Made by a program: the position numbers and the translations under genes
The notes under the pieces: model-generated
What the model saw: only the letters and a program-made list of their open reading frames with translations
The model's database searches: none
What the model was told of the DNA's origin: nothing
Assembly (NCBI GenBank): GCA_965113315.1
Contig: OZ220365.1
DNA length: 64,000 nucleotides
From: Podarcis vaucheri
Lineage: Eukaryota
Direction: 5' to 3' (one strand)
In this document: positions 59,379 to 64,000 of the stretch, piece by piece
How positions within the stretch are numbered: the stretch's first letter is position 1
Layout: the number at the start of each line of letters is the position of its first letter

Positions 59379-60099
59379 AGCACTCTCTCTTCCTGTCGTT
59401 TCTAGCAACTGATATTCAGGAGCCCTGCTGCCTCCAACTGTGGAGGCAGAGAACGGTCATCATGGCTAGTAGCCATTGATGGCCTACTCCTCCATGCATT
59501 TGTCTAAGCCTCTTTTAAAGCCATCCAGTTGGTGGCCATTGCTACTTCTTGTGGAAGGGAGTTCCACAGATTAGCTTCGTGCTGCCTAAAGAAGTACAGG
59601 CTGAGACCATTTTAGGCATGTCTGATATGTGCACGTCCACATACAAGTGCATCATACCAAACTCAGAAGTGACCTGACCTGAAAACGTCCCCAAATGGGC
59701 GGAACGGGGTGTCTGCAGGCTCTCTCAATGGTGTTTCAAATATTCACAATTTCACTTAAATTATTAGGGCAGTGCTGATCATGTGGTCTGAGCAAGTTGT
59801 GTGGTTTCACAGGCAAAGGTCACTACTCTGGTATGGAGCCTCACATGCAAACACATGGAAGTGAGGTTTTGGGATCAGCTGTGCAAATTGGGCCACATGC
59901 ATCTCACTGGAGAGGATACTCCATCAATCTCACTTCAGGGCTATTTATTGTGGGAGAGAGGTTATTGAGGATATCCTTGGGAATAAAAGAAGCTCCTTGC
60001 TTTATCAAAGCAATGGCTACTGCATTCTTGGAAACTCATGTGATAAATTGTTGCGCAACAAAGGAAACTGTTCAACAACCCATTGTTGTCCTCTCTTAC

Positions 60100-60225
60100 C
60101 TGCTGGCAATGATGGACTATTAGGCAAAGAACCGTGACTGCTACCCAGTGACATCCCTCTGGCAAACTTCCTGCAGGCTAGAACTAGCAGATCTCTGCAT
60201 TGCTTATGACAGTTAGCACCGCAAT
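60100..60225 (-). CDS. RASGRP3: RASGRP3 exon (end of C1 domain)
   Basis: ttccAG|AT TGC GGT GCT...GCA G|GTaaga; DCGANCHKQCRDLLVLACRKFARGMSLGSSHGSLPNSPSLPA. Confidence 0.95.
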
Positions 60226-61439
60226 CTGGAATAAATTGCCAGAGAAAAGAAAAATTGGATCTGGCAAACTACAGTTTCCAAAGAGATGCAAACAACAACA
60301 ACAAAAATTCAACTCTGCAAAAGCTTTCAAAGTCTGTCTGAGGAATTTCCATGTAAGTGGCATGATGTGAGTGGAAGCCAAGCATGAAATGTCACACTAG
60401 AATAGAATCTAGGGCTGCATACAAATTATTATTTCTGTGAAGCAATGAGAATGCTCTTTATCATTATTAACTATGATCAGCACTGACAGGTACAAACATG
60501 ATAGACATAAAATGAAGGGGAAGGTTGTTGGGGAACCCTTTCCAAAGAGTTTGGAGCTTCAGGGGGGGAAAGCAGCTGATACGCTTCTAATTTGAAACTG
60601 GAAGGTTGCAGGCGGAAGAGAAACTCCCCCTCCCTTCCTTCACTGTTTCTCCACTCCAAAAGTGGTGTTTCCTAAGAAAACCTATTTGTCAGGCTTTTTG
60701 TAACATGCAGTTCCAGTCTTGGAGTTAGTGATTACTTAATAGGGTCACAAAAGGCCAAGCCAGAGCATTAGTAACCAAGCGTCCTTCCAATGTGCTAGAA
60801 TTACTTTTCAATGCACACACCATTACGGGAGATGTTAAGCAGGGTACAAGGTCTAAGCACTGTGAAATGCCAGATTTTTCACTGCAGCTTAATTTCAGCT
60901 GGAACATGCCATTAATTACAAACAAACAAGAGCTGCAACAAAATGTCGAAGTGCATGTTTTATGGTGTGGGCCAGCTGTACATGCCCTTCACAGGTATAC
61001 ACTATTCCACCCTGCACCCCACCCCAATTTTCTGTTTGGGTTTCTTTCTTCCGACTGATATTTATCAGCTTGTGGCTACGGCACATGCTCTGTCCCCGCT
61101 GGGCTGTTTCAGGGAGGTTTTTCCTCCCCAAAGTCTTGTTGTTTTTGAAGGCTTATTTTGTACATTTGCAAACTTCACAACTCCCGAAACATGCTTCCCT
61201 CTTGTTTCTCAGTTGCTCCATATTGGCCACATAGGTTTTGGCATGCACTGTCTGAATTCACTAATAGCAAGAACAACAGTCAGTGGCACAGCATCTGACA
61301 AGGTGAACAGCATCTAAACGAAGCTGAGTGTTAAAATGAATTGAAGAGCTGAAGAATGAAAATAGTTTTTCAGCCTGCGAGTGATTAAGGCTGCAGTGCT
61401 ATGCCTACCAGAGCTGTCTTTCCTATTGGGCTTACTGGT

Positions 61440-61720
61440 GCGTTGCACTAGGGCGCTGGCCTCTCAGGGGCGCCCCAGCGAGTGGAGGAGCTGCACGGCT
61501 TTGCCGGCGGCCTCCCCTTTCCCTGCACGCCCACCAGCTGTGCCCCGTCAACCATATGGCTGGCGGGCGTGCAGCTTCCTTCCCAAGCCTCCGCAGGAGG
61601 AGAGAGATCCCCGCAGAGGCTTGGGAAAAAGTTGACAACTCTGGGAAACGGGTGGGGTGGGGTGGGGGAGCCTGAGGGATCTTTGCACCACGGCGCCGGA
61701 TATGCTTAAGACGGCCCTGA
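61440..61720. mobile_element. GC/CpG-rich DNA-transposon-like fragment
   Basis: Abrupt CpG-rich patch ending ...cttaagacggccctg, TIR-like; matching other end not found. Confidence 0.35.
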
Positions 61721-61814
61721 TGTCTACTTACCTTGGAGTAAGCATCACTGACCACAGTGGGACTTAGGTCTCTGTAAATATGCATGGGACTGCACTGCAC
61801 CTAACTCTCTAGAT

Positions 61815-61952
61815 CAGCCTTTCTCAACCTGTGGGTCCCCAGATGTTGTTGAACCACAACTCCCATCACCCCTAGCTAGCAAGGCCAGAGCTCAGGGATG
61901 ATGGGAGTTGTAGTCCAACAACATCTGGGGACCCACAGGTGGAGAACCACTG
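61815..61952. mobile_element. hAT (Charlie-like) palindromic MITE
   Basis: Long fold-back; flanks CTCTAGAT/TTCTAGAT (8-bp TSD fitting the NTCTAGAN target preference). Confidence 0.85.
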
Positions 61953-61986
61953 TTCTAGATCCATCTGAGGTCGAAAGTGCATTGTA

Positions 61987-62230
61987 CAGTGGTACCTCGG
62001 GGGTTAAGTACTTAATTTGTTCCGGAGGTCCGTTCTTAACCTGAAACTGTTCTTAACCTGAAGCACCATTTTAGCTAATGGGGCCTTCTGCTGATGCTGC
62101 GCCGCCAGAGCACAATTTCTGTTCTCATCCTGAAGCAAAGTTCTTAACCTGAAACACTATTTCTGGGTTAGCAGAGTCTGTAACCTGAAGCGTATGTAAC
62201 GTGAAGCGTATGTAACCCGAGGTACCACTG
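61987..62230. mobile_element. Tc1/mariner-type MITE family A (full length)
   Basis: TA|CAGTGGTACCTCGGG...CCCGAGGTACCACTG|TA. Confidence 0.9.
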
Positions 62231-62330
62231 TATGTGGCATTCCTCATTTGCCAGCAATTAAGAGATTCATTATGTTACAAACTGGAGGGGCTATGACTTG
62301 CAATCGGCAGCCACACATTATTTACAGTAC

Positions 62331-62367
62331 CTTTGCATTTGTATCCTTGCTTGATTATACCCCATAG
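62331..62367 (-). CDS. RASGRP3: RASGRP3 37-nt exon (C1 domain); upstream exons lie beyond the window
   Basis: ttgcAG|CTA TGG GGT ATA ATC AAG CAA GGA TAC AAA TGC AAA G|GTactg = LWGIIKQGYKCK. Confidence 0.93.
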
Positions 62368-62849
62368 CTGCAATTAAAAGACAAAAGGTATAAAAAGGCA
62401 TAAAAAATAAAGCCGGGGAAAAAACAACCTCATTATGAAGGCAGGAACAAAAGGCTACAAAAGTGCAAACAGGAAATTACTGCTCTCAACACCCTTCCTG
62501 TTAGAAAGAGCTCTCCATTCATCTGTGAGGCTCAAGGCAGCACACTGGCCCTCGCCATTTCCAGGACCAACAAGTGAGAGGCAGCACAGGAGAACTGACT
62601 TCAACAGATCACCATAAGGACTCTGGGCTGGATACACAATCCTGCACACTCTCACTGTGGTCTGGAAAGTGGTGTACACACAACAGTTGCTACAATTCAT
62701 ACCTTATAAAATACTGCATTTTGGTGTGGTTTCCCCACCAAACTATTTTTGATTCAAATTGAGAAAAAGAATACCCTCGCTACATTTTAAGCTGTTAACA
62801 TATAGACACAGTTTATTTCTACATTTTTAATTCATTCAATTTTGGCATA

Positions 62850-63036
62850 CAGTCGAAGCTCTGTTTATGTAACCCTCTGGTTACATAAACCTTGGGATGC
62901 ACGCGCGGCAAACCCAGAAGTTTTTTACCAGGTTTCGCCACACATGCATGCGCAGAAGTGGTCCTCAGGTTGCGGAAATCTCGGGATCCAACCGGACCTC
63001 TGGAATGGATCCCGTCTGCAACCGGAGGTACCACTG
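62850..63036. mobile_element. Tc1/mariner-type MITE family B (older copy)
   Basis: TA|CAGTCGAAGCTCTG...CCGGAGGTACCACTG|TA; interior reverse-complementary to 13909-14119. Confidence 0.75.
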
Positions 63037-63114
63037 TATTGGGATTAAAAAACGTTGAGATTTTTTAAAAAACAGCAGTTAAGTTGCAATTTTGTGCACT
63101 AATATTGAGGAACT

Positions 63115-63725
63115 TCCAGCCCACAGTCCAAATTAGGCCTCACAAGCATCCCAATTTGTCCCATGAGGCCAGTTTCTTCAAATCATACCCACCTGCCCTG
63201 CACCTGGCATCTTATGTGACATCAGGTGAGGGGCAGGTAGAGTTGCTACTGCCAATGCATAACTGGGAGCCTTAAAGGGCATTGACAAGGGAGACTTCCT
63301 GTCACAACCAATCAGCTGATTGACAGCAACAGCAAACCAGCAGAAATCAGCTGCGCTACTGAGTTTCTCATAGGAGCTCAGTAGTGCTGCTGACCTGTGC
63401 AGAAAAGCAGGGCTTGAACTGAGTGCCTACCAGCAGACAGGCATTTGATTCAAGCTCACTGGGATCAGCCGTGCTATTTGCGGTTGACCCCTGCAGAAAA
63501 GTGGAGCTTGAACTGAGTGCCCTATTAGCTGATGGGTGCTCAGTTCAAGCCCTGCTATGATGCAGGAGCCAACTGCAAATAGACCCGGTCAGCTGATTGG
63601 TACCTCAAAGCACCTTATCACCTGATGTCACTGTAAGGTCAGGTAAGTAGCAGGTGGGTGGTTCTGCCCACCTGACAAATTTGACCCATTTCATACAATG
63701 GCCGGATTTGATTCCCCACCTCTGC
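63115..63725. repeat. degenerate long fold-back element (probable old MITE)
   Basis: Nested inverted pairs: cccacctgc..gtgacatcaggtga / tcacctgatgtcac..gcaggtggg; accaatcagctga / tcagctgattggt; gcagggcttgaactgag / ctcagttcaagccctgc. Confidence 0.65.
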
Positions 63726-64000
63726 TATGCACATTTGCCTGGGCACCGAGTCCCATGAGCTCGGTGGGACATATTTCTGAGTAGGCATGTATGAGACAGA
63801 CATAGAAAGCGCTGTACTATAGGTCAGAGTGCAAAAATGCATGCAAAGTGCCCCAATTCCAATCCCTGATATCTCCAGGGAAGACCTGGAAATATTCCTG
63901 TCTGAAGCCCTGAGCTAGATAGGCTCATGTTCTGACTCAGTGGAAGGTAGTTTCCTATGTTCCTAGGACTGCACTCTAGGGCTCAGTTTCAGACTCCAGT

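Overview
Vertebrate genomic DNA, most likely a squamate (probably lacertid) lizard, judged from CR1/Penelope relics and abundant CAGTGGTACC-ended TA-target MITEs; the taxon is inference. Four protein-coding genes can be reconstructed with GT-AG splice sites and consistent phases. (1) The 5' part of ABCC10/MRP7 on the minus strand, six coding exons at 5762->273, running off the left edge. (2) A complete ZNF318 on the plus strand, 10 coding exons at 11192-31872, about 2668 aa, divergent from ABCC10. (3) A complete FAM98A on the plus strand, 8 coding exons at 42432-53021, 554 aa. (4) The 3' end of RASGRP3 on the minus strand, four exons at 62367->57899, convergent with FAM98A. Introns and intergenic DNA hold a solo LTR with a 5-bp TSD, Tc1/mariner-type and hAT-type MITEs, tRNA-derived SINEs, CR1 fragments and two Penelope-like relics. 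I cannot support a wholly new biological system here. The most unusual signals are: a 95-bp insertion with a 13-bp TSD carrying a minimal hammerhead-ribozyme motif just upstream of the FAM98A promoter; a hierarchical 118-aa repeat array and an RSPGRRS heptad array in ZNF318; a sense-oriented solo LTR just upstream of the ABCC10 start exon; a templated-insertion repair scar; and adjacency of genes that are on different chromosomes in human (6p21 and 2p22). Comparisons with human proteins are from memory, not from a search.
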